From Octopus bimaculoides (taxonomy: Eukaryota): DNA of 63,535 nucleotides. Positions 1-10,593 of this stretch are shown here, piece by piece. The notes below the pieces were generated by a model that made no database searches, had not been told where the DNA came from, and was given only the letters and a program-made list of their open reading frames with translations. Positions within the stretch are counted from its first letter, which is position 1, and each line of letters starts with the position of its first letter. The DNA lies in NCBI RefSeq assembly GCF_001194135.2, contig NC_068992.1:28683221-28746755 (forward strand), in the 5' to 3' direction. Made by a program: the position numbers and the translations under genes.

Positions 1-279
1 AGAACAGGAGTGGAGAGAGCGTGTCTCCCTGGAATATTCCTCTTCTAATGGGGATGGCTTTCGTTTTCACAAGTCCCTCTTTTGTTTGGAGCTGTAGCAC
101 TGTCTGCCATTTGTTCATTGAGTGCCCTATGTATTTAATAATAATCGGTGCCACCTTGTTTATGGCTAGTGTTTCCAGAATCCACGTGTGGGGAACACTG
201 TCGAAAGCCTTTTGGTAGTCCACCCAGGCCATACTGAGGCCTTTCTTCTTTCTGCGGCTGTCTTCAGTTATGGCTTCAT

Positions 280-280
<1 letters not shown>
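1..280 (-). mobile_element. R4/Dong-clade non-LTR retrotransposon, reverse transcriptase fragment (5'-truncated, runs off window start)
   Basis: Minus-strand frame with no stop over ~93 codons: NEAITEDSRRKKKGLSMAWVDYQKAFDSVPHTWILETLAINKV...AIPIRRGIFQGDTLSPLLF; AWxDYxKAFDSVPH and RGIFQGDxLSPLLF match RT motifs typical of R4-clade elements. Confidence 0.85.

Positions 281-340
<60 letters not shown>
280..340. repeat. (TAG)n microsatellite
   Basis: About 20 perfect TAG units read directly. Confidence 0.98.
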
Positions 341-341
<1 letters not shown>

Positions 342-368
342 AAAATTATCCATTTGGTTTCGTTTTAG

Positions 369-491
369 AGAAATGATGGAATCTACTTTAAATTTGGGTG
401 AAAAATTACGAAATGAAGCAAGATGGGGATTTTATGGTTTCCCCAGAATCTACAGAAAACACCTGAACAAAACCAGAATCGGCAACGACAG
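369..491 (+). CDS. HYAL-like: Hyaluronidase (glycoside hydrolase family 56), internal exon
   Basis: Acceptor tttcgttttag at 367-368, donor AG|GTGAGT at 492; 123 nt, phase 2-2; translates (R)EMMESTLNLGEKLRNEARWGFYGFPRIYRKHLNKTRIGND, matching the GH56 segment M..TL.LG..LRP..LWGFYGFP...ND. Confidence 0.9.
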
Positions 492-1716
492 GTGAGTATG
501 ATTTACTTGTATACTTCTTACATTCTGTTTACCACAAAATAAAAGCTCATGGCGAGTAAATAACGACACCTCGATATGGTGAAATGATTGTTAAACCTAC
601 TTCGAATCGCACTCTAACATGTGAAAAATAGATGGACACATTAGCTAGGTCAGTCTTCGATATACTAAAATGTCGAGATAACCAAACTTGGGACTTCTTA
701 ATCATAGGCCAGTTCTATTAGTGCTGAACAGACTAAAAGAGTTCCATCTAGTCCATCCTTTGTGGGGTCGAGTAGAGGGGGTGGATGAAATTATCCAAGA
801 CTACATTAGCTATAGAAAAAGGGACAGGTATCTGATACTTCTAACAAGCTGAGTTACTCCCTCGTTGTATCACTTACTTTCATTTAATCGAAAAAAATAA
901 CATAAGTTATCTCCCTTGCAAATTTACTTTTATTTATTTATTTACAATTCGAACGTGTCAGACATATTAACCATTCGAAAGCACACGAAAAAGCTGTCAA
1001 CTTCACTTCACCATTTTATTTTTTCATTGCACCAATTGTGACCTGGTCACAGCAATTTACATACATACATATACGCACATACACAAATACATACACGCAC
1101 ATACACACATACATACACGCACATACATACATACATACCTACATACATACATACATATTTACACACATACATATGTAAGGATAAATAAGCTCAAGAATTG
1201 CTTATCCATGAGTGTTATCTATAAGTAGCACTCAGCCGTGACAAAGCTTGATAACACTCATACAAACATACATACTTACATACACACACAAAATACCCTG
1301 TTGATGTTGAATTCCCAGTGAAGGAGCCTTGGATCTAGGTTACAGACCGACTCTTTCTCTATTGGCAAGAATTCTTGAAATAAAACTGAATATTGACATA
1401 CATACTTGCATGTATGTATGCATATATCTTAATAGTAAAGTTAGCAATAAAGTAATAATCCACGAGTTACCTCCCATCCAACAGAGAAGTTAGCAAGCTT
1501 TTATTCATTCATTCATTTAGTTTACAACTGAAGATGCGAGCAGTTACCATTATTTCGAAATACAAATGGAAACAATTTCACAGAGCATTGTTTTTTTTCC
1601 CTCAATTTACTTATTTACCTATTTTGTTATTTGGTTATTTAATCATTCAACGCCATAGTTATGAAGGTGGATCATAGAAATATGCAAAATGTGAAACAAG
1701 AAAGACGTGGTTGTAT

Positions 1717-1879
1717 GCGCCGGCGTGGCTGTGTGATAAGAAACGTGTTTCCTAACGACATGGTTTGGGGTTCAGTCTCATTGCGTGGCGCCTTGGGCAA
1801 GTGTCTTCTACTATAGCCTCGGGCTGACCAAGGCTGGCCTTGTGTGTAGTTTTGGTAGACGGAAACTGAAAGAAGCCCG

Positions 1880-1882
<3 letters not shown>
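1717..1882 (+). mobile_element. tRNA-derived SINE, 5' half (family A)
   Basis: gtggctgtgtg...ttcagtc...gcaccttgggcaagtgtcttctactatagcctcgggc...ggaaactgaaagaagcccgtc; same sequence recurs more than 10 times in the window. Confidence 0.85.
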
Positions 1883-1924
<42 letters not shown>

Positions 1925-1926
<2 letters not shown>

Positions 1927-3298
1927 GGGTGTCCCAGAATTATGGCAACAAACTTATTTTATTTTCGTCAAAGCAAAATATTGTTATATTTCGGGTCCGT
2001 GCGTTGCAATGCAATGGTAAAGGAAACGCAATTATGACACTACCACATTTATTCGATATGACCACCAAGTTAGGTGCGAATGCTTCATACGCTGCACGCA
2101 GCTGTTCTTGCGGTATCGAAGCCCACTCCCGCCGTAGTTTTGCCTTCAGAGCGTCGAGTGAATCATGAGGAGTGCTCGAGACCCTCGTCTCCAAAATGGA
2201 CCAAACAGAAAATTCCAACGGGTTGAGATCGGGGCTTCTTCAGGGTCATACATCCTTGCCTATGAACGGCAAAATGTTTTTTTCTGAATCAAGTGTTGTG
2301 TCTGTTTAGAGATGTGGAATGGTGCCGAGTCTTGTTGGAGGCTTCAAGTGCTCGTTCGCCCATTGAATCATTGAATTGTTCGCCCATTGAATCATTGAAT
2401 CGTTCGCCCATTGAATCATTGAATCGTTCGCCCATTGAATCAGTTCAGCTTCCAGAATTTCGCTAATGTATCACTGGGTGTTAATTTTAACACTCGAGGC
2501 CACAAAAACTAGGTGAGACCTTGCAGTGGCTCTCACAGCCGCCCAAACCATAACTGACTGTGGACTTTAACGTTGATTTACCAGTCGATTTACCCTTCGA
2601 CGGAACCAGGTGCACTTTTTGATATCTCTTTCGAATGTATGTGATACATCATTGTTCATCATTCTGAACATCGATGTATCGAGTGCTGAAGAAGAATCTC
2701 AGGCCCCACCATTTACTGTCTGTTCGATGTCAAATTTCTTTTCATCAGTGAACACAAGGTTGGGCAGCGTACCTTCAGCAATCTGACGCAGGATAAGACA
2801 ACTTCTCTCCAGTCTCATGACCTTATAAACTTGCTTGAGTTCATGACGACGGATAATCTTGTAATGGTGGGGCCTGAGATTCTTCTTCAGCACTCGATAC
2901 ATCGATGTTCAGTTTATTTTTGCTGTGGCAGCCAGTTTTCTGACAGAACGGCGAGGATTTTGCCGTATCTTTTCTTTGGTACTTTTGATAAGCTGAGAGA
3001 TCCGCACATTTCTTTTTCGGCCACGTCCAGGTCGACCAGTCTCTTCAAATTTCTTGACAATTTTTCAGACTGTTGTTCGGTTGATTTTAAGCTTTTATGC
3101 TATAGCTGTATTACTTTCGCCTCCTTTCATTGTATTTTGGCCTATAGCCATTATCTAATTTATAAATCTGAATTTATTTAGTCCGAAGCAAAAAGAACAC
3201 ACACTAAACTTTTATAATGATGTATAATTTTCCTATCTTATCACATTCATTGATAGTTATTAAAGGCCAAAACTTCGGTTGCTTTAATTTCGGGACAC

Positions 3299-3302
<4 letters not shown>
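1925..3302 (-). mobile_element. Tc1/mariner DNA transposon, DD37D (maT-like) family, disrupted transposase
   Basis: TIRs CAGGGTGTCCC.. at 1925 and ..GGGACACCCTG ending 3302; minus-strand fragments LVFTDEKKFDIEQ, LQQDSAPFH, RSPDLNPLEFSVWSILE; about 37 residues between 2nd and 3rd catalytic acidic positions after correcting a frameshift; stops and frameshifts present. Confidence 0.9.
2354..2442. repeat. 24-bp tandem repeat (about 3.7 copies) inside the transposase gene
   Basis: Unit gttcgcccattgaatcattgaatc at 2354, 2378, 2402 and partial at 2426. Confidence 0.95.

Positions 3303-3361
<59 letters not shown>
3301..3361. repeat. (TG)n microsatellite running into N gap
   Basis: Read directly. 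Confidence 0.98.
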
Positions 3362-3854
3362 NNNNNNNNNNNNNNNNNNNNNNNNNNNNNNNNNNNNNNN
3401 NNNNNNNNNNNNNNNNNNNNNNNNNNNNNNNNNNNNNNNNNNNNNNNNNNNNNNNNNNNNNNNNNNNNNNNNNNNNNNNNNNNNNNNNNNNNNNNNNNNN
3501 NNNNNNNNNNNNNNNNNNNNNNNNNNNNNNNNNNNNNNNNNNNNNNNNNNNNNNNNNNNNNNNNNNNNNNNNNNNNNNNNNNNNNNNNNNNNNNNNNNNN
3601 NNNNNNNNNNNNNNNNNNNNNNNNNNNNNNNNNNNNNNNNNNNNNNNNNNNNNNNNNNNNNNNNNNNNNNNNNNNNNNNNNNNNNNNNNNNNNNNNNNNN
3701 NNNNNNNNNNNNNNNNNNNNNNNNNNNNNNNNNNNNNNNNNNNNNNNNNNNNNNNNNNNNNNNNNNNNNNNNNNNNNAACTTCTTTCATTTTTGCATCTA
3801 TCTTTTTTCTTTCTGTTTTCATTATCCTCTTATTTCTGTCTTCCTTTTTATATT

Positions 3855-3995
3855 TTTGCACGCTCAGAATTACTGAAGCATGGAATAAACTACCTGCATC
3901 AGTTGTTAGCTGTCGAGACACTACATCCTTCAAAACTTTCATGCCTCCTGAAATTCGCCAACAGTACACCAGAAGTTCCCCTCACCTCCTCCATT
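3855..3995 (+). mobile_element. CR1/L2-type LINE 3' end fragment
   Basis: Translates RITEAWNKLPASVVSCRDTTSFK, resembling the CR1-clade ORF2 C-terminal motif RVVxxWNxLPxxVVxxxSxxxFK. Confidence 0.6.
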
Positions 3996-4183
3996 TTTTT
4001 TTCTGCCGACGTATTCACTGCTCACTTCCTGTGCATATTCTATGTACTGTTCACGCAGTTTTTGGTCCTTTTTTTCTGAAGAGTCGTAGTGAACCTGTGC
4101 ACTGTATACAATAAGTTCTTTATTATATTATTATATTCTTGTTTGTTTGCTTTTGTATATACTATATTTTTCTTTTATTCCAG

Positions 4184-4566
4184 AATGAACTAATGCTTTC
4201 CTTACTACTACCAGCTACAGTAGGCAGCGCCGGTGTTGTTCTTTGGGACAGTTCATTAGATTTTAGAAACCGAAGACATTGTCACCTTATGAAAAACTAT
4301 CTAACCACAACCCTGGGCCCTTTTGTTAAAACGTTGACCGAAACTTTCGAATTTTGCAGCGAGCGTATGTGTAACAGTAATGGTCGCTGCGTGCGGTCAT
4401 GGGAGACAACCAATGGCAGGTTTCAGGATGCAAGGAAGATAAATACCATAGGCTACAAGAAGAAACTTTTTGAGAGGCAAGAATTTAAAATTCTCCTCAG
4501 ACTGATGAACAATGATGTATCACATACATTCGAAAGAGATATCAAAAAAGCGTTTGTCTGTAAATG
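4184..4566 (+). CDS. HYAL-like: Hyaluronidase (GH56), C-terminal exon with EGF-like region; 3' end lost in N gap
   Basis: Acceptor tttttcttttattccag at 4182-4183; NELMLSLLLPATVGSAGVVLWDSSLDF...CHLMKNYLTTTLGPFVKTLTETFEFCSERMCNSNGRCVR...FVCKC matches hyaluronidase G.AGVVLW..S, C..L..YL...LGP.V and CS...C..NGRC..C.C. Confidence 0.92.
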
Positions 4567-6009
4567 NNNNNNNNNNNNNNNNNNNNNNNNNNNNNNNNNN
4601 NNNNNNNNNNNNNNNNNNNNNNNNNNNNNNNNNNNNNNNNNNNNNNNNNNNNNNNNNNNNNNNNNNNNNNNNNNNNNNNNNNNNNNNNNNNNNNNNNNNN
4701 NNNNNNNNNNNNNNNNNNNNNNNNNNNNNNNNNNNNNNNNNNNNNNNNNNNNNNNNNNNNNNNNNNNNNNNNNNNNNNNNNNNNNNNNNNNNNNNNNNNN
4801 NNNNNNNNNNNNNNNNNNNNNNNNNNNNNNNNNNNNNNNNNNNNNNNNNNNNNNNNNNNNNNNNNNNNNNNNNNNNNNNNNNNNNNNNNNNNNNNNNNNN
4901 NNNNNNNNNNNNNNNNNNNNNNNNNNNNNNNNNNNNNNNNNNNNNNNNNNNNNNNNNNNNNNNNNNNNNNNNAATTTAATATGAAAAAAAAAAAACATAC
5001 AGAGAGAGTTTATTATGATTTCCGTGCTGGCTTCTATGAATCTGTTTTTCTTCCCAACCAACACTTGAAGTTGTTCTAAGACTAACATCTTGGTCTGGTA
5101 GTCCTTGAAGAAAACATCAAGAGTTTTGTGGAAACATCTTTGACGATTTCCTCTTTATGTCTTTGTGTAAGTCTATGTATCACATTCATACAATTCATAA
5201 AAACAGCAATATGAAATAGAATGCAGGGTTTTGATCAGATCAGTAGAATAACTGGGTCACTTACAAATACATATCTTGTTTGGTTGAAAGATAACAACTA
5301 AAATGTAACAAATAGTGATCAAAAATAGACTGACTAAACGATTACAGTGTGTATCAGAATTTGCATTTATTTATTTATTTATTGTCTTTGGCCAGTAAGT
5401 GCTATTTTCTATTTGCTTCTATCGAGAAATCAAAAGAAATGACTACTATTCCCTTCAAACATTGCTTTTGTGACCTGAATATCAATATTTTAAACTGACC
5501 TATATTCCATCACATTTCTGACATATTCAGCACTGAGCTGCTGAAGCAGAAATATCATTATAACAAATATTCTACTCAATACCACAGATTTGCTTGTCAG
5601 TTGCTTGACCTTAACCACTTGAATACGTCCCTTAGTGGCTAGCAATATGTGCATGTCTGATCATGAAAAGAGCCATGTGATGATAGGGATACTTTGGGGT
5701 TTGAATAAATGTAACGAAAGCAAAGTTTGAAGGAAATAGCTGTTTTTCACACTTTCTAGAGGTAAGCAAATAGGAAATAACTGTTGCTACCCAGGGACAA
5801 GAATTGTGCGACACACTGTGTTGTAAGATGTTAACTGAGAAGGGAATATTGGACTGAAAGCTTTGTGTCTCTACTCTCTTGAACGCTGAAGTGAGAGATA
5901 TATATAATATCATAGATGTATGGAAGATCCCAAAGGGGCATGTTCCAAACTTCGGCATTAGAGAGAATTCTAAAGCACAAACTGTTAGATACTGTCAGTT
6001 TCCAAATAT

Positions 6010-6356
6010 ATTGGCGAAAGCATGGCTGTGTGGTCAGAAGGTTGCTTCCTAACCAAATGGTTTTAGGTTTAGTCCTACTCCGTGGTACCTTCGGCAAGTG
6101 TCGTGTGTGTGTGTGTGTGTGCGCGCGCGCGCGCGTTCACGCACGTGTGTGTGTTTGTCCATCACCGCCCCACTGCTTGACCACGAGTGTTGGTGTGTTT
6201 ATGTCCCTGTAACTTGGAGGTTCGGGGGAAAAAAAGACCAGGCTCTAAATAAAAATGAATAAAATAAGTACTGGAGGTCGATTCGCATGACTAAAGTTCT
6301 TCAAAGCAGTGCCCCAGCATGACCACCATCAAAATAACTGAAACAAGTGAAAAGAT
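6010..6356 (+). mobile_element. tRNA-SINE family A, internally deleted copy with (TG)n(CG)n tract
   Basis: Head gcatggctgtgtggtc...ggcaagtgtc and tail aagtactggaggtcgatt...ccccagcatg...ctgaaacaagt match other family A copies. Confidence 0.75.
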
Positions 6357-7186
6357 TTTAAAAAAAGAAAAGAAAAAAGATACTACTTTTGAAATCATGA
6401 GCAAAAATAATTTACTGGACCAGTCTGATATTCAGAAGTTCTCAATTGTTTCAACCACCTCCCAAAGAAATCATAAATTTAAAACCGACTTCTACTAAAT
6501 CCATCAGAAAAAAAACATTGGATAAACTCCTACCGACAATACTGGACCAGCTAACAACTTAAGTTTACACAGGATAGATCAGTTGCTAAAGACTCCATTT
6601 CTCTTTCTTCCTTCCTTCCTTCCTCCCCCCTCTCTCTCCTTCTCTCTTTCTCTCTGTGAGGATCTAGTTATGCTTGTATGTATGTGTAATGTCTCTTTCT
6701 CTCCCTCACTCTGTCTGTATGTGTAGATTTCTGCGTGTGTGTACATGCGTATATTTGCTTTCAGTACTCAAACGTACGGTCTCGAAAAGAAGCTGAATAT
6801 CTTGTCAGCTGTGCCAAATCGTTTCATTCCGGTAAAGAATGCATCAGACCGAAAGGAACAAAGAGGTAGGGAACAGCAAAGAAAAGAAATTCAGACGCAA
6901 ACTGCAGAAATGTGTTGGGAGCCACTTAGCGTGATTTGAATGCTGGTTTTAAAACTAGAAAAAGCAGAATTTATAATTAGGTTAGGGTCTCACATATGTA
7001 ATATAATGAGTTGATAAACTACTACGGTTTTCTAAGCAAACAGTAGATAAAAATTCCGTTTAAGAGAATTGCAAAATCTAAAATGAAGCAAGGGAGATAA
7101 CTACAGTTATCAGCTGGCTGGAAATTTTAAACAGAAAATACAAACTGGGATAGGCGGACGGTCACTTTAGCGAGGCATATACTAAC

Positions 7187-7357
7187 CTCACTGGCAAGAC
7201 AATCAGTGATCAATATAAAAAGAAAAAGAAGGAATATAGCAACCTTGATTATGAATATCAAAAGAATATGACCGAAAGGAAACGAGCTTAAAGAAGCATT
7301 GTGTACACTAAATACAAATATTGCAGCTACCCAGGATGGGAGATGTTCTGCATAACC
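7187..7357 (-). CDS. Candidate coding exon, hydrophobic (possible 2 TM segments), unassigned
   Basis: Acceptor ctctactgtgcag, donor GAG|GTTAGT; exactly 57 codons, phase 0-0, no stop: GYAEHLPSWVAAIFVFSVHNASLSSFPFGHILLIFIIKVAIFLLFLFILITDCLASE. No family recognised. Confidence 0.45.
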
Positions 7358-8010
7358 CTGCACAGTAGAGTACAGTATTTTCTATTTTAGGACATAAAGT
7401 ACAGTACAGATGCTTCAGAAATATAACATTGTTAATACTTCATTCTGAAGATTAGAATCCCTCTTAGGGGTCAGCAATAATTCTGATCAGGTTCTGATTC
7501 TTAACTTACAAGATCAGGTGTTGTTTCTCTACAAGGCTCAAATGTGATTCATGTCATCACATCAGAGTACAGTTTATATATCTGAAATAATGTTGCTGCT
7601 TCCCACATAAACATTTGGCCCATAACCAACCAAAAATAAGGTACATCCACCCTCAAACAGTTTCTTTTCTTTGCTTCCCTTTTCTACTTCTATAAGGCAT
7701 CTACATTTCTGAATCTAACGATTCTCTAATACACTTGTCTCCTTTCCCTTTCTCCTCATCTTAAATATTACAGTAGTGCGTCTTCCTCTTTCCTTCCACA
7801 TCCAGTTTTTTTCTTCTTTTTGTCTTGTAGACATTGATGCAAACAGATATAAAATTAATTTCCATGACATCGATAAAACTATTCTGAGAAGGAACACAAA
7901 AAGTTCATGGGCTCTGCCCCTCAACCACTGACTAAATAAAATATATGTATAAGCATATAGTTTGTCAGATGAGGTATACTTATGTGTGTGGATGTGTGTA
8001 CACATGCATG

Positions 8011-8054
<44 letters not shown>

Positions 8055-8592
8055 CGCACACTATACCATTCTCATTTGTTGTCCAATTTTCATTGCTTGT
8101 ATAGGGCAAATGGAATTCAATGAGGCAGATTTTGTACAGTTGGATACCCTTCCTGTCAATAACCCTCACCTCTTTCCAACCAAGGTAATATTTCCCAAGC
8201 GACTGAGACGTTTTTCACATAATGTTGGGAACGAACATCTCTTGTATAACAGTGACACTCATTTAAAATAGAAGGACAAACACAAACACACATGTGTGAC
8301 TGAAACAAATAAAAGAATATATATATATGTATGTGTGTGTGTATGTATAAATATATATATATATANNNNNNNNNNNNNNNNNNNNNNNNNNNNNNNNNNN
8401 NNNNNNNNNNNNNNNNNNNNNNNNNNNNNNNNNNNNNNNNNNNNNNNNNNNNNNNNNNNNNNNNNNNNNNNNNNNNNNNNNNNNNNNNNNNNNNNNNNNN
8501 NNNNNNNNNNNNAGAGAGAGAGAGATGAGTGAGTCTACAAATGAAGGAAAGGGCGCTCAACACATTTATTTGCAGTTGCATGTATTGTTCAA

Positions 8593-8714
8593 AACAGTTT
8601 GATTCAGATTCTAGGCTATTTCAAGTTTCGAAGCCCTTAACAGGGCTTCTCCTCAGGCTGGTGGAAATTTAAATTTTCATTTCAAAAGTAGTCCAGAACC
8701 TGAATCAAACTGTT
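8593..8714 (-). mobile_element. Small element bounded by 26-bp inverted repeats, containing a hammerhead-like core
   Basis: aacagtttgattcagattctaggcta (8593-8618) vs reverse complement of 8689-8714 (23/26 match); minus strand has CTGAGGA-GAAGCCC-tgttaa-GGGCTTC-GAAA at 8625-8656. Confidence 0.6.
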
Positions 8715-8715
8715 A

Positions 8716-9136
8716 TGGGAGGCAAAGTGGTTGAGTTCCTCTCAAGCATTGAGCCTGACGGATGCAAAGTGGCTGAGTTCTTTTCAAGTGATGGGCCTTA
8801 TGGAGGTGAGGTGGCTGAGTTCCTTTCAAGTGTTGGGCCTCACGGAGACAATGACCAAGATCTTTGGCATTATGTCATGCTTGGGAAGAGGACACATCAA
8901 GCCGAGCAAAATGACAGTCGTGGTAGATACTGGTGTCATGCAAATTAGCACCCATGCCAGTGGCATGTAAGAGCACCCATTACACTCTCAGAGTGGTTGG
9001 CATTAGGAAAGGCATCTAGCCATAGAAAACCATGCCAAATCAGACTGGAGTCTGGTGCAACCTTTTACCATGCCAGCCCAGTCAAACTGCCCAACCCATG
9101 CCAGCATGGACAACGGATGTTAAATGATGATGATGA
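8716..9136 (+). mobile_element. RTE-LINE 3' UTR-derived repeat with 42-bp internal subrepeats and (GAT)n tail
   Basis: Ends gtggttggcattaggaaaggcatc...tagaaa...ccaacccatgccagcatgga...taaatgatgatgat; the same tail follows an RTE ORF end at 61655-62050. Confidence 0.75.
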
Positions 9137-9169
9137 CAATGATATATATATATATATATATATATAAAG

Positions 9170-9414
9170 AAGAGTAAAGGGTAAAGACCCCCTTAAGTCA
9201 TGAATGATCATGGGATTGCACCTAGAAAGTTACCCTCTGAGGCACAAGTTTGGGCAAAGTTGTTTATGGAAGACCAGCAGTCGCCCAAGCATACCAGCAT
9301 CTCCTCTTCACATCAGCCTCCCCTCTCCATGCCACTGATATTATCCAAAGGAAAGGCAAAGGCCAATACAGCTTGGCACCAGTGACATCACAACTCATTT
9401 CTACAAATGAGTGA

Positions 9415-9415
<1 letters not shown>
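9170..9415 (-). mobile_element. SINE (family C, CORE-like), reverse orientation
   Basis: Reverse complement matches the copy at 34885-35170. Confidence 0.65.
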
Positions 9416-9450
<35 letters not shown>

Positions 9451-10244
9451 NNNNNNNNNNNNNNNNNNNNNNNNNNNNNNNNNNNNNNNNNNNNNNNNNN
9501 NNNNNNNNNNNNNNNNNNNNNNNNNNNNNNNNNNNNNNNNNNNNNNNNNNNNNNNNNNNNNNNNNNNNNNNNNNNNNNNNNNNNNNNNNNNNNNNNNNNN
9601 NNNNNNNNNNNNNNNNNNNNNNNNNNNNNNNNNNNNNNNNNNNNNNNNNNNNNNNNNNNNNNNNNNNNNNNNNNNNNNNNNNNNNNNNNNNNNNNNNNNN
9701 NNNNNNNNNNNNNNNNNNNNNNNNNNNNNNNNNNNNNNNNNNNNNNNNNNNNNNNNNNNNNNNNNNNNNNNNNNNNNNNNNNNNNNNNNNNNNNNNNNNN
9801 NNNNNNNNNNNNNNNNNNNNNNNNNNNNNNNNNNNNNNNNNNNNNNNNNNNNNNNNNNNNNNNNNNNNNNNNNNNNNNNNNNNNNNNNNNNNNNNNNNNN
9901 NNNNNNNNNNNNNNNNNNNNNNNNNNNNNNNNNNNNNNNNNNNNNNNNNNNNNNNNNNNNNNNNNNNNNNNNNNNNNNNNNNNNNNNNNNNNNNNNNNNN
10001 NNNNNNNNNCTACCTTTGTTGTAAATTATTTTGAAAATAATGAAAACATTTAATTAAATGACTCATCATTAAAGCTAATACTTAGAATATTAATTAACAT
10101 GACATTTTAACGGAAGCTTTTAATATAGATCACTTCAAATATGAAGTTTATATCAAAGAACCAGGTGGGTTAATACCAAAAGGGTTAAAATTTGTTTTTA
10201 TTTTTCAGTGTTTATCTTCCAGCGCCTTGTGATCATTACCAGCG

Positions 10245-10593
10245 TTGGTGATTGTTACCAGCGTCGCCTTCCCGGCACTTGTGCCAGTGGCACATGAAAA
10301 GACATTCGAGCGAGATCATTGCCAGTGCCGCCGGACTGGCTCCTGTGCAGGTGGCACATAAAATACACCATTTCAAGCGTGGCTGTTGCCAGTACCGCCT
10401 GACTGGCCTTCGTGCCGGTGACATGTAAAAGCACTCTCTGAGTGGTTGGCATTAGGAAGGGCATCCAGCTGTAGAAACTCTACCAAATCAGATTGGAGCC
10501 TGGTGTAGCCATCTGGTTTCACCAGTCCTCAGTCAATTTGTCCAACCCATACTAGCATGGAAAGCGGACGTTAAACGATGATGATGATGATGA
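10245..10593 (+). mobile_element. RTE-LINE 3' UTR-derived repeat with (GAT)n tail
   Basis: tggcacatgaaaag subrepeats, gtggttggcattaggaagggcatccagctgtagaaac, ending ggacgttaaacgatgatgatgat. Confidence 0.8.

Noticed and set aside
2354-2442. CRISPR-like repeat array
   Set aside because: The units are contiguous with no unique spacers, the context is eukaryotic, and there are no cas genes.
4973-5079. Post-gap ORF (..KHTERVYYDFRAGFYESVFLPNQHLKLF*) as the hyaluronidase C-terminus
   Set aside because: The frame cannot be carried across an estimated-length gap and there is no recognisable similarity.
7187-7357. Resemblance to the TMEM218 C-terminus, and of exon 28188-28323 to PIG-H
   Set aside because: Limited to hydrophobic or short patterns; flanking sequence does not fit either family.
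7510-7581. 72-nt segment with good acceptor and GTAAGT donor on the minus strand
   Set aside because: Stops in all three frames.
7715-7931. ORF QWLRGRAHELFVFLLRIV.. as a coding exon
   Set aside because: The acceptor is plausible, but there is no good in-frame donor before the stop and the phase fit depends on unproven upstream choices.
8715-8948. Repetitive protein ORF (VAEFxSSxGPxG repeats)
   Set aside because: It arises from 42-bp subrepeats within the RTE 3' UTR repeat family, also seen in reverse near 33470-33550.
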